From: Methanobacteriota archaeon
Lineage (GTDB): Archaea > Halobacteriota > Bog-38 > Methanoflorentales > Methanoflorentaceae
DNA length: 64,000 nucleotides
NCBI GenBank assembly: GCA_963720465.1
Contig: OY970393.1
Span: 32,001 to 96,000 of the forward strand
Direction: 5' to 3'
Both the position numbers and the translations under genes were made by a program. Below the pieces are notes generated by a model that saw only the letters and a program-made list of their open reading frames with translations, was not told the origin of the DNA and did no database searches. Position 1 is the first letter of the stretch; the number at the start of each line of letters is the position of its first letter. Shown one piece after another: positions 10,103 to 19,963 of the stretch.

Positions 10103-10483
10103 CTAATAGGAGCCGGCCCCGAGCTTCTTGCGGTCGATCTTGATCGACATCGGGGTCACAACAATTTGGTCATCTCCAAGCCCTGCGATATCGCCGTGAA
10201 TATCCGTTGCTACTTGTCTCAGTTCCTTGACGATTCGGTCGAGGGTGACGCGATCTTGCTTCACGTGGGAGATGTCAATGATGACGATGTTGCCTTTATA
10301 AACCTCATCTTTTAGTTGCGTGAGATTGCTCACGTTGATTAACTCTGCGACCTTGACATACGTGCCTGCAGGTTCCTCCTCAAACACCTCTTCGTACTCT
10401 CCAAGGTCCAGCTCCAGGTATTCATCTGGTTCTGCATGAGGGCGACTCCCAAAAATTCTATCGATCAGACTTTTTTGCGCCAT
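10103..10483 (-). CDS. sepF: Cell division protein SepF
   Basis: N-terminal amphipathic helix, VYKGNIVIIDI, GDIAGLGDDQIVVTP. Conserved ZPR1-SepF-PUA neighbourhood. Confidence 0.88.
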   Translation of the reverse strand: MAQKSLIDRIFGSRPHAEPDEYLELDLGEYEEVFEEEPAGTYVKVAELINVSNLTQLKDEVYKGNIVIIDISHVKQDRVTLDRIVKELRQVATDIHGDIAGLGDDQIVVTPMSIKIDRKKLGAGSY

Positions 10484-10665
10484 TTGGAACTTTCACCTAC
10501 AATCGACTTCTTACCATGTTACTAGATTTGCATCTTATAGTTTTTGTGCTTCGCTCGTTAGAAGTCTCGTGCAGATACATAGCGCTACTACCATTGATAT
10601 AGTTACCTCGGCCCTCAGGGGCAGCGGGAAGCACTATCTGCTCGTTTGAATTGCAAGGACCCGAG

Positions 10666-11142
10666 CTAAGGCGACACATACCAGATCTTGTCGCCCACGT
10701 AGTGCACGATGCGCACCGCCTTCCCTTTCCTCGCGCGAACCATTTCGACGCCAGGGATGAGCGCCGTTCCGATGCCGAGCGGCTTTTTGTGTCTTTCATC
10801 GACCACGACGACCAGATCGTCAGGCTCTATGTTCTCATCGGCATCTACGATACCGGGACTCATAACGTCCGCGCCGTTTCTGATGAATCGCACCGCGCCC
10901 ATATCAACGGTGACGAGGTTTTTTCGGGGCTTGAGTTCCGCGGCGCCGCGTACCGTAAAAAAGGGCGTGTTGTTAATGCATAGCGCCACGGGCACCCCGT
11001 TCAAAAGAATGAGAGTGCGCTCCGGTGTCGCGAGTACTTCGAGCCGCCCCTCTAACGTGCTCGTGGTGTCGTACGCGCTGAGCGCGGCCACTATGCTCCG
11101 GGCCGCGTCTGCCTTCATGAAATGTCGTTGCTTGCCAGCCAC
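10666..11142 (-). CDS. PUA-domain RNA-binding protein (MCT-1/Tma20-like)
   Basis: VTVDMGAVRFIRNGADVMSPGI...HYVGDKIW. Confidence 0.9.
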   Translation of the reverse strand: MAGKQRHFMKADAARSIVAALSAYDTTSTLEGRLEVLATPERTLILLNGVPVALCINNTPFFTVRGAAELKPRKNLVTVDMGAVRFIRNGADVMSPGIVDADENIEPDDLVVVVDERHKKPLGIGTALIPGVEMVRARKGKAVRIVHYVGDKIWYVSP

Positions 11143-11180
11143 GCATGCAGACGTTAAAAGGCGCTTAAAGATAAACTTAA

Positions 11181-11438
<258 letters not shown>

Positions 11439-11460
11439 GGACGCTCTACGAGGCAACTGA

Positions 11461-11625
11461 ATGACAAAGGGAACTCCTTCGATGGGCAAGCGGCAGAAAC
11501 GCTCGCACGTGATGTGCAGGCGTTGCGGCTCTGTCTCCTATAATTTCCGCAAAAAAACGTGTGTTCACTGCGGATTTGGTCGCTCTAAGAGGCTTCGGAA
11601 GTATAGCTTCCTCAATAAGTACTGA
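11461..11625 (+). CDS. rpl37e: 50S ribosomal protein L37e
   Basis: Below the track cutoff. [23 protein letters not shown]...[15 protein letters not shown]. Confidence 0.96.
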   Translation: MTKGTPSMGKRQKRSHVMCRRCGSVSYNFRKKTCVHCGFGRSKRLRKYSFLNKY

Positions 11626-11649
11626 TTTTATCCTTGAAAAGGGACAGGG

Positions 11650-13092
11650 ATGAAAGACAAGTGTGGCGTGTTTGGAATCGCCTTGGATTCCAAAAATGCC
11701 GCATTACCTATCTACTACGGGCTTTACGCGCTGCAGCACCGCGGCCAAGAATCGGCCGGTATCGCCACGCACGACTCGGCAATCCACATTGAGCGCGGCA
11801 TGGGTCTCGTACACGAGATATTCGACGAACATCGACTCGGGCATCTCAAGGGAACTCGAGGGATCGGTCACGTGCGGTACTCCACCACGGGCCTCAGTAG
11901 AGTAGAAAATTGCCAGCCTGCCCTCGTAAACTATCGAGGAGGCACCATTGCCATCGCGCACAATGGTGACATCGTGAACTCTTTTGATATTAGGCAGGCG
12001 CTTGAGGCCGAAGGTCGTATTTTTGTGTCAGATTCAGACACTGAGGTCATCGCCCACCTGCTTGTGAAGGAACTCATGCGCTACGACACGATCACTGCCG
12101 TTCAAGAGCTGATGAATAAGCTGCGTGGGTCCTATTCGCTTACGCTGCTCGTCAACGATACCGTCATAGGCGTCCGCGACCCCTTCGGCATAAAACCGCT
12201 CTGCATAGGCAGGTTCGACGATGGCTACGTCTTGTCGAGCGAGAGCGCTGCCATCGACACGCTTGGAGGGGAGCTTCTTAGAGACGTCCGCCCGGGAGAG
12301 ATTGTCGTCCTTCATCCAGACGGGTTCGTGAGCCAAAGGGTTTCAAAAAAGGCCGTGACGGCGCACTGTATGTTCGAGTATGTCTACTTCGCCCGCCCGG
12401 ATTCGATACTGGACGGATCTTTGATCTACGAGGTGCGGCGCAAAATTGGTCAAACGCTCGCAGAGGGCGACGTTGAGGCAGATATCATCATTCCAGTTCC
12501 TGATTCGGGAATCGCCTTTGCTATTGGCTATGCCGAAAAATCTAAACTGCCTTACACCGAGGGTTTGATAAAGAACCGCTACGTGGGCAGGACCTTCATC
12601 ATGCCCGGCCAGGATCTGCGCGAAACCGCCGTGCGACTGAAGCTTAACGTGATCAAGAAGCACATCGCGGGCAAGCGGGTTGTGATGATCGATGACTCAA
12701 TTGTGCGCGGAACGACGTCGCGGAAGATCGTCGACATGCTTCGGGCAGCTGGGGCAGAGGAAGTGCACATGCGCATAGGAACGCCGCCAATCGTCTCTCC
12801 GTGTTATCTGGGGATCGACATGCCAACGTACGGGGAGCTCATTGCCGCCCGTAAAAGTGTGGACGGCGTAAAACTGATGATTGGCGTTGATTCACTCAAG
12901 TATATCACTCTTGCCGGCCTCATCGACTCTATTGGCCTTCCCCGTGAGAAGCTCTGTCTGGGCTGTCTGACCGGCATGTACCCGATCGAGAGACCTCTTG
13001 AACGGGCGATGCAGCTGAAACTCGATGCGTTCGCCGACAGCGCGAAGAAGAAAGGTGACCGCGTTCCTGCTTCTCCGCTACCATCTCCTTAG
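11650..13092 (+). CDS. purF: Amidophosphoribosyltransferase
   Basis: N-terminal CG, LQHRGQESAG, GHVRYST, CMFEYVYFARPDS, IDDSIVRGTT. Confidence 0.98.
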   Translation: MKDKCGVFGIALDSKNAALPIYYGLYALQHRGQESAGIATHDSAIHIERGMGLVHEIFDEHRLGHLKGTRGIGHVRYSTTGLSRVENCQPALVNYRGGTIAIAHNGDIVNSFDIRQALEAEGRIFVSDSDTEVIAHLLVKELMRYDTITAVQELMNKLRGSYSLTLLVNDTVIGVRDPFGIKPLCIGRFDDGYVLSSESAAIDTLGGELLRDVRPGEIVVLHPDGFVSQRVSKKAVTAHCMFEYVYFARPDSILDGSLIYEVRRKIGQTLAEGDVEADIIIPVPDSGIAFAIGYAEKSKLPYTEGLIKNRYVGRTFIMPGQDLRETAVRLKLNVIKKHIAGKRVVMIDDSIVRGTTSRKIVDMLRAAGAEEVHMRIGTPPIVSPCYLGIDMPTYGELIAARKSVDGVKLMIGVDSLKYITLAGLIDSIGLPREKLCLGCLTGMYPIERPLERAMQLKLDAFADSAKKKGDRVPASPLPSP

Positions 13093-13148
13093 GCGCTGAC
13101 CTAGGGTGAGGGCAGCTTGAGCACGCTGGCGTGTGTTTTCAGCGTGTT

Positions 13149-14117
13149 TCAGCCGCGTGAGAACTCGTCTAAAGCGTACTCACTCAGATCTCGCTTCCCG
13201 AGTACCATCTCAAACTCGATTGGCGTCAGCATCGGGGCTTTAAAAAGGCTTGCATCATCTATAGCGATGCGCGGGCAGGCGGTGTTGACGTACGCTTCCG
13301 CGGGAAACTGGTAAAGCGTCCAAGGAGTTAGTTCGTTTATCGTTACCGTGTACGCGTCGTAACCGCGCTCTACGGCCTGTTCGACGAGTTCGAAGGCAAG
13401 GTCGAGCCGCCGTTGTCCCGTTTTTGTGCCAGCGAGAATGCAAAATGTACGTGCGTCGAGTGCCTTCGCAATGAGAGCATAACGCTGCTTGACAATGAGG
13501 TCAGCATCAGGAATGGAGGTTCTGTGCAGAAACGGATCAGCGGCGATGACCCGCTTGCCAGTTGCCAGCGCCACGCCGAGAGCGTGAAAGGCGCCGCCTC
13601 CGATGTAAAGATACTCGTCAACGTCGGCGGCGCGTGCAGATGAAAAATTGCAGCCCAAGACCTGGCCGGGGTATCTGATTCTCCCGTCACCGGATCCGAT
13701 GGAACACTGTAGCCCAGCCGATTCGAGACAACGGCGGACGGAGCCCAACGTATGGACGTGTTGGACGTTCGTCACGATGCCCACCCGGGGGCCTTTAATA
13801 AGTCCGAGCGCCTCATTTACGACTGGAATGACGTCGACGTCGCTACGCACCTCGACGAAATGCACCTTTTGAACTGCGAGCTCAGGGATCTCCGCGTGAC
13901 CGAAATGAACTAGCAGGTCCGCTTCTCCGTCACAGTCAAGATCGCACGCCCCGTAGCATGGGTTGCCTGAGAGTAACACGGTCACGTCGATCTGTTGCTT
14001 GATGCGCTTCGCTACGTGAGGCCCGTAACGCTTCAGCCCTTCAGGAAATTGAAGCTGTATGACGCGGGCTTTTCCCTCCTCTACGAGTTCAGCTATTCGC
14101 TCAATTTCAAAGTCCAT
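13149..14117 (-). CDS. dph2: Diphthamide biosynthesis enzyme Dph2
   Basis: LQFPEGLK, CYGACD, HFGH, GQVLGCNF, TACPRIAIDD. Probable start is ATG 14117. Confidence 0.95.
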   Translation of the reverse strand: MDFEIERIAELVEEGKARVIQLQFPEGLKRYGPHVAKRIKQQIDVTVLLSGNPCYGACDLDCDGEADLLVHFGHAEIPELAVQKVHFVEVRSDVDVIPVVNEALGLIKGPRVGIVTNVQHVHTLGSVRRCLESAGLQCSIGSGDGRIRYPGQVLGCNFSSARAADVDEYLYIGGGAFHALGVALATGKRVIAADPFLHRTSIPDADLIVKQRYALIAKALDARTFCILAGTKTGQRRLDLAFELVEQAVERGYDAYTVTINELTPWTLYQFPAEAYVNTACPRIAIDDASLFKAPMLTPIEFEMVLGKRDLSEYALDEFSRG

Positions 14118-14172
14118 TTCTACGCTTCGTCGGTCAAACGCGTTCTCGGCACTGGCGTGGGAGCAAATGTGA

Positions 14173-15258
14173 TTACCGGTCACCTTTCACGATTTCCCTT
14201 AAGTCGTCGACAAACTGTAGGATCGTCGCTTCGTCGATATGGGGCATAATGACAAGTCGCAATGCGCCGCCCATTACCGACACGCGCCAGCCGCGCGCCG
14301 TGAGTCGTAGTACGACACGCTGTAGGTTAGGCAACTTAAATGCGACGATGTTCATCACAGGCGTCACTATGGGATAGATCCCAAATTCCGCAGCTCTTTC
14401 AGCACACAGGTTGGTCAGCCGCATGCATTCACGCACAACGTCTCTATATCCGTCGAACCCAAGATGCTCGAGCACTGCTAGCGTCGCAGCTACCGCAGCG
14501 CCGCTTCGTGTGCCCGTCATGGACCGCTCCACTGAGTAGAACGTATTCGTGCTCAGGGCGTCGAAATCAGTCGGCTTCTTGAATAGGAGCCCGCCTGACG
14601 GTATTGTGCTCATGCCCATTTTGTGCGGATCGACCGCTATTGATCGCACGCCCTCTACTCGGAAGTCAAAACGGTACTTTTTTTCAAGGAATGGGAGAAC
14701 GAAGCCCCCAAATGCGGCATCAACGTGCAGAAAGGCGTCGTTTTCACGCGCCACGCGTGCTAAGGCGGGAATCGGATCAACAACGCCGAGAGCCGTAGAA
14801 CCGGCGATGCCGACGACGCACGCGGTATTCTCATCAACGAGCTCTTCGACAGAGCCGATGTCAACGGCATAGCGCTCGTCTAGCCGTGCTTGGCGCACCT
14901 CTACTCCGGTAAAGTCTCGAGCCTTCTCAAACGACTGATGCGCAGATTCAGGAACAACAATGTTTGGTTTTCGCACCCCGCAGATCAGCTTGCTCGCCCG
15001 CACCGCCTGGATGTTCGACTCGGTGCCGCCTGAAGTGATGTACCCGACAACGTCAGCAGCGCCGAGGAAAGACCCGAGGATGGCAATGGCGCGCCGTTCG
15101 AGCGCGGCCATTTCAGGGAATAGGTTGGGATCGCCTAAGTTCGTGTGGATGTGGTCGATATGTGCCTGGACGGCGGCTGGGTGCGGGTATGTGCACATAG
15201 AGCTGAGGACTCGCTCGTAGCCTCTATTCGCCCGCCTTAGTTCCCTGGTATCGTGCAT
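14173..15258 (-). CDS. mfnA: PLP-dependent L-tyrosine/L-aspartate decarboxylase MfnA
   Basis: SSMCTYPHP, NLGDPNLFP, TSGGTESN, HVDAAFGG, DPHKMG. Confidence 0.92.
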   Translation of the reverse strand: MHDTRELRRANRGYERVLSSMCTYPHPAAVQAHIDHIHTNLGDPNLFPEMAALERRAIAILGSFLGAADVVGYITSGGTESNIQAVRASKLICGVRKPNIVVPESAHQSFEKARDFTGVEVRQARLDERYAVDIGSVEELVDENTACVVGIAGSTALGVVDPIPALARVARENDAFLHVDAAFGGFVLPFLEKKYRFDFRVEGVRSIAVDPHKMGMSTIPSGGLLFKKPTDFDALSTNTFYSVERSMTGTRSGAAVAATLAVLEHLGFDGYRDVVRECMRLTNLCAERAAEFGIYPIVTPVMNIVAFKLPNLQRVVLRLTARGWRVSVMGGALRLVIMPHIDEATILQFVDDLREIVKGDR

Positions 15259-15286
15259 TGCTTAATTATGACTGAACGAAGCTACC

Positions 15287-17578
15287 CTAGTCTTCGTTCG
15301 TCAGATCACGTGAAGCCTCAAGGATGATGCGCATCTCGGTTCGCGCTACAGCTTGCCTGACGCGTTCGACTGCATCAATGTTCGACGAAATGCTGCTAAT
15401 CCCCATACGCACCAGTTTCTCCGCCATTTTTGGATTTGAGCCTGCCTGACCGCATATTGATGTGACAACGCCCGCTTTGTTGCAGCACTGAATAACGTAG
15501 TCCATCAGCTTCAGCACTGCCGGATGCTGCTCGTTGTAGAGGGCGGCGACGTTTTCGTTGTTACGATCGACTGCGAGCGTATATTGGGTGAGATCATTCG
15601 TCCCGAACGAGACGAAATCGATTCCCTCGGCGATAAGGTCTTCAATAATGAGCGCCGATGCTGGGATCTCGATCATGATACCGACGTCCACCTGTTCAAA
15701 ATCAATGCCTATTTCTGCGATCTTCTCTTTCGCTCCTCGCACTTCGTCCTGGTGTTGAACGAGGGGCAGCATGATGCCGATGTTGGTATAGCCGTCGTCG
15801 ATAAGGTTCTTGAACGTCTGCAGCTGCATCGCAAAGACTTCAACATCACGGAGATCGCGCCGTATACCACGCCAGCCGAGCATCGGGTTCGGCTCGATCG
15901 GCTCCTCCTCGCCGCCTTCCATTTGCCGGAACTCGTCCGTAGGGGCGTCGAGCGTGCGCACCCACACGGGTCGTGGGAAGAACGCGTCGACTACTGTCCG
16001 GATGCCCTTTTCCAGCTCACTAATGAATGCTTCTTTTTCGTTATGCTCGATGTACCAGTGCGGGTGTTTGCCCATGCCGATGATCATGTGTTCGACCCGT
16101 AAGAGTCCGACCCCATCAGCTCCGGTCGCAACGGCTCGTTCTGTGGCCTGAGCAATTGAAACGTTTACCTTGACTTCAGTGGCAGTGATGGGTTTTGTCG
16201 CGCTTACGGTAACCACTCCCTCGGCGGGCGCCGCCGCTTCAGCCCGTTCGAGTCGTCCCGAGAAGACAAGCCCCCTCTCGCCGTCAACGGTGATGAGCAT
16301 GCCATCCTTCAGCTTCTTCGTGGCCTCCTTCGTTCCCACTACAGCGGGTACTCCGAGTTCCCTGGAAACGATGGCCGCGTGACTGGTCAAACCGCCTTCG
16401 TCGGTAACGATCGCCGCTGCCCTTTGCATCGCGGGAACCATGTCTGGGGAGGTCATCGCGGTAACGAGGATGTCCCCGTCCAGAACCCTGTCGAGCTCGT
16501 CCACGCTCCTAATGATCTTGACTTCGCCAGACGCTTGACCAGGAGATGCCCCGAGGCCTTCGAGCAACTTCTCTGCCGCGCCTGCTGCGCTGGTCTGTTG
16601 TGCTTCTTCTCCTTTCCTAATTGTCGTCACAGGTCTCGATTGCACGATAAACACCGCGCCCTTTTCGATCGCCCATTCGATGTCTTGAGGGCTGTCGTAA
16701 TGCTCTTCGATGAGTTCGCCTAGGTCGAGAATGGTATACAGCTCGGCGTCACTAAGGACTCTCTTGTTCTGCAGGTCTGCAGGGACGTCTTTGGTAATCG
16801 TAGCGCCCGTTTTTTGGTCCTTTACGACCATAATTGTCTTGGTGGCGACATTTACTTTGATTTGACGGGTCTTCCTATCGATCAGGTATGTGTCCGGCGA
16901 GACGGAGCCTGACACGATGGCCTCTCCGAGACCCCAGGACCCCTCGATAATCGCTTCTGGGCCACCGGTCGTCGGGTTGGACGTGAACATGACACCTGAC
17001 CTGTCCGCATTGACCATCTTCTGGACGACGGCGGATATGTTCACCGACTCGTGCTCAAAACCTTGCTTGACGCGGTAGAAAATGGCCCGAGCCCCGTACA
17101 GGGATGCCCAGCATTTTTGAACTGCGACGACCACTTCGTTGGCGCCTCGCACGTTGAGAAATGTCTCCTGTTGTCCTGCAAAGCTTGCTTCGGGCATGTC
17201 TTCGGCCGTAGCGCTCGATCGCACGGCTACCAAAGGCTCACCCCCTTCCCTCTTTGCCAGCTCGTTGTAGGCACTCACGATGTCGCTGCGCATGTGCTGC
17301 GGCATCTTCGTCTTCAGCACGAGCTTCTTGGCGCTAGCGGCAGCCGCTTCCAGTTCCTTTGCATCGTCGACGTTCACGCGGAGCGTAGCAAAAAGTTGCG
17401 ATGCGATGCCCGTTTCGTCTAAAAAGCGTCGAAACGCTTGCGCGGTGACAGCGAAACCCCGTGGCACAGGAATTTCCGCGCTTATCATCTCTCCGAGGCT
17501 TGCCCCCTTTCCGCCCACGGAAGGAACGTCTTCAATGCGGACGTCCTCAAGCCAGACGACAGTTGGTTTATCTTTCAT
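15287..17578 (-). CDS. ppsA: Phosphoenolpyruvate synthase
   Basis: VGGKGASLGE, VRSSATAED, phospho-His GGLTSHAAIVSRE, SFGTNDLTQY, ICGQA. Confidence 0.97.
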   Translation of the reverse strand: MKDKPTVVWLEDVRIEDVPSVGGKGASLGEMISAEIPVPRGFAVTAQAFRRFLDETGIASQLFATLRVNVDDAKELEAAAASAKKLVLKTKMPQHMRSDIVSAYNELAKREGGEPLVAVRSSATAEDMPEASFAGQQETFLNVRGANEVVVAVQKCWASLYGARAIFYRVKQGFEHESVNISAVVQKMVNADRSGVMFTSNPTTGGPEAIIEGSWGLGEAIVSGSVSPDTYLIDRKTRQIKVNVATKTIMVVKDQKTGATITKDVPADLQNKRVLSDAELYTILDLGELIEEHYDSPQDIEWAIEKGAVFIVQSRPVTTIRKGEEAQQTSAAGAAEKLLEGLGASPGQASGEVKIIRSVDELDRVLDGDILVTAMTSPDMVPAMQRAAAIVTDEGGLTSHAAIVSRELGVPAVVGTKEATKKLKDGMLITVDGERGLVFSGRLERAEAAAPAEGVVTVSATKPITATEVKVNVSIAQATERAVATGADGVGLLRVEHMIIGMGKHPHWYIEHNEKEAFISELEKGIRTVVDAFFPRPVWVRTLDAPTDEFRQMEGGEEEPIEPNPMLGWRGIRRDLRDVEVFAMQLQTFKNLIDDGYTNIGIMLPLVQHQDEVRGAKEKIAEIGIDFEQVDVGIMIEIPASALIIEDLIAEGIDFVSFGTNDLTQYTLAVDRNNENVAALYNEQHPAVLKLMDYVIQCCNKAGVVTSICGQAGSNPKMAEKLVRMGISSISSNIDAVERVRQAVARTEMRIILEASRDLTNED

Positions 17579-17727
17579 GCTCGGTATCCTTTGCAGTTTT
17601 ATTACTGCTACTTGCGGCAGTAATTACATAAGCCTTTCCGACCAAAACTAGAAATACGCTTTCGACGTGTAGGTAATGCTAATAGCGTTGACGCGCTCTG
17701 TGCGCTTCAATTTTTTGATGAGGAAGT

Positions 17728-19296
17728 ATGAGGATACTTGTAAGTGACCCCCTATCCCAAGCCGGTGTCGATCTACTCAAAAGAGACCACCACGTCGACG
17801 TGAGGACTGATCTTTCGCCAGAACAGTTTATCCGCATCGTCGGCGACTATGATGCGCTTATTGTCAGAAGTGGCACACAGGTAACGAAAGACGTCATCGA
17901 AGCATCAAACCTCAAGGTGATCGGACGCGCGGGCGTAGGCGTCGACAACATCGACGTTGACGCTGCGTCGGCGAAGGGCATCATCGTCATAAACGCGCCT
18001 GAGGGGAACATGATCTCCGCCGCAGAGCACACTATAAGCATGATGATGGCTCTTTCGCGCAGCATCCCGCAGGCAAACGTTTCGGTCAGGAAGGGCGAAT
18101 GGAACCGCTCGCGGTTTCTCGGGGTCGAAGTATTCGGCAAGACGCTCGGCGTTCTCGGCCTCGGACGCATCGGGGCCGAAGTGGCCAAGCGGATGCGCGC
18201 CCTCGGCATGAACGTCATTGCATACGACCCCTTTATTACCGTAGGGCGCGCTAAGGAGCTCCGCGTTGACCTAGCATCGCTTGATGAAGTTCTCGCTAAA
18301 TCGGACTTTATCTCCGTTCATACGCCACTGACCAAGGACACGCACCACTTGATCGGCGCCAAAGAGATCGCAAAAATGCGCGACGGCGTCCGTATTTTGA
18401 ACGTTGCGCGTGGCGGTATTATAGACGAAGAAGCGCTGTACGAGGGCCTCAACAGCGGCAAGATCGCCGGAGCAGCGCTAGACGTCTTTGAACGTGAGCC
18501 CCCCACGGGAAGTCCGCTCCTCTCGCTCGACAACTGCATCTTGACGCCGCACCTCGGCGCCTCGACCGTCGAGGCGCAGATCAATGTAGCTGTTTCTATT
18601 GCAGAGCAAACGCTCGGCGCGCTCAAGGGCGAACCCGTCAGAAATGCGATTAACGTGTCGATACGTGCGGAGACGTTTGGAGCGGTGCGGAGCTATATGC
18701 CGCTTTCGGAGCAACTCGGCAGGTTCTGCATCCAGCTCGTCGAGGGGCAGATTCAAGGCATCGGCGTCACGTATACCGGCGAGGTTGGCCAGTGCGACGT
18801 TCACCCGCTAACTATTGCCGTGCTAAAAGGCGTCCTTGACCACGTGCTACAATCGCCAGTCAATTTTGTCAACGCAGAAATATTTGCCAAAAAGCGGGGC
18901 ATTCGGATTACGGAGACGAAGACGGAGAAGCTCGAAGACTTCCAAAGTCTGATAACGGTCAAAATAAACAGCGACAAAGGGGATTGGTCGGTGTCCGGAA
19001 CCCTCTTCTTGGGGGATCAACCACGGATAGTCAAGATCGGCAATTATCACGTCGACGCAGAGACGCAAGGATGCATGCTGATTACGTCCCACATCGACAA
19101 GCCCGGCGTCATCGGCGAGGTCGGCACGCTACTCGGTAATAACAATATCAACATCGCCGGTATGAACGTCGGCCGCGACAAAGTTAGGGGCGGCGCGGTC
19201 ATGGTGCTCGCCCTCGACGATCCTATTCAAGATGCGGTCTTGGCGGAGATCCGCGAGATCGACGGGATTTCGGTAGCGACAGCCGTTGTGCTGTGA
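17728..19296 (+). CDS. serA: D-3-phosphoglycerate dehydrogenase
   Basis: RAGVGVDNID, GLGRIG, TPHLGAST, C-terminal ACT domain HIDKPGVIG. Confidence 0.97.
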   Translation: MRILVSDPLSQAGVDLLKRDHHVDVRTDLSPEQFIRIVGDYDALIVRSGTQVTKDVIEASNLKVIGRAGVGVDNIDVDAASAKGIIVINAPEGNMISAAEHTISMMMALSRSIPQANVSVRKGEWNRSRFLGVEVFGKTLGVLGLGRIGAEVAKRMRALGMNVIAYDPFITVGRAKELRVDLASLDEVLAKSDFISVHTPLTKDTHHLIGAKEIAKMRDGVRILNVARGGIIDEEALYEGLNSGKIAGAALDVFEREPPTGSPLLSLDNCILTPHLGASTVEAQINVAVSIAEQTLGALKGEPVRNAINVSIRAETFGAVRSYMPLSEQLGRFCIQLVEGQIQGIGVTYTGEVGQCDVHPLTIAVLKGVLDHVLQSPVNFVNAEIFAKKRGIRITETKTEKLEDFQSLITVKINSDKGDWSVSGTLFLGDQPRIVKIGNYHVDAETQGCMLITSHIDKPGVIGEVGTLLGNNNINIAGMNVGRDKVRGGAVMVLALDDPIQDAVLAEIREIDGISVATAVVL

Positions 19297-19346
19297 CCCT
19301 ATAAACTCTCCGTGTGATGTGGCACTAATGTGGGTTCGCGCCCGCT

Positions 19347-19814
19347 TTAGCGCTTTTTCTTCTTGGTGCTCTTCTTGCGGGCTTTGCTCTGGGCTTTTCG
19401 CCTCACTTGCGGTTGCGCGGCAGGATGTTGGGTCGATTTTTCGACGACGTCAACGAATGGCTCGCGTTTCTCGCCTTCTTCGAAAAGAGGTCGCCTGGAC
19501 CGGACCTTTCGCTTTTTCTCCTCGCCGGTGAGTTCTTCAAGTGCTTCGATCGGTGCGGGAACGGCGCGCTTGACCGTCGTCTTTCTATCTTTGGGGCCTT
19601 TGCGCTGTCGTGTTACTGGCGTTTCGAGCGGGACGAACAGCCACAGCGTGACAACTAGAACGGTAAAAATAATGAGAATGACGATTGCGGGTGGATCGAC
19701 ACTGTTCAAGACGGGCAGAAAGAACAGGGCGACGATGATTGCCAAGGGGATTCCGGCAAAGATTCCGACATACAACATAGCCGTCATCAACTTCTGCGTT
19801 TTCATTCGTGTCAC
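19347..19814 (-). CDS. Hypothetical membrane protein with 2 TM and a basic tail
   Basis: Two hydrophobic segments followed by a Lys/Arg-rich C-terminus. Confidence 0.6.
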   Translation of the reverse strand: MTRMKTQKLMTAMLYVGIFAGIPLAIIVALFFLPVLNSVDPPAIVILIIFTVLVVTLWLFVPLETPVTRQRKGPKDRKTTVKRAVPAPIEALEELTGEEKKRKVRSRRPLFEEGEKREPFVDVVEKSTQHPAAQPQVRRKAQSKARKKSTKKKKR

Positions 19815-19963
19815 ACAAGTTCCATGAGCCGCGCCCTTGGCGCACGGCGGCCGATACTAGCTGTGCCAGATGTTCTACTAATCTCTTTTGATTGCTGCAG
19901 GTGCCCTCGAGAGTTAGCCTCGTGAACCTCACCCTGTTGCGTCCGTCCTTCCTAAGGCGAAGC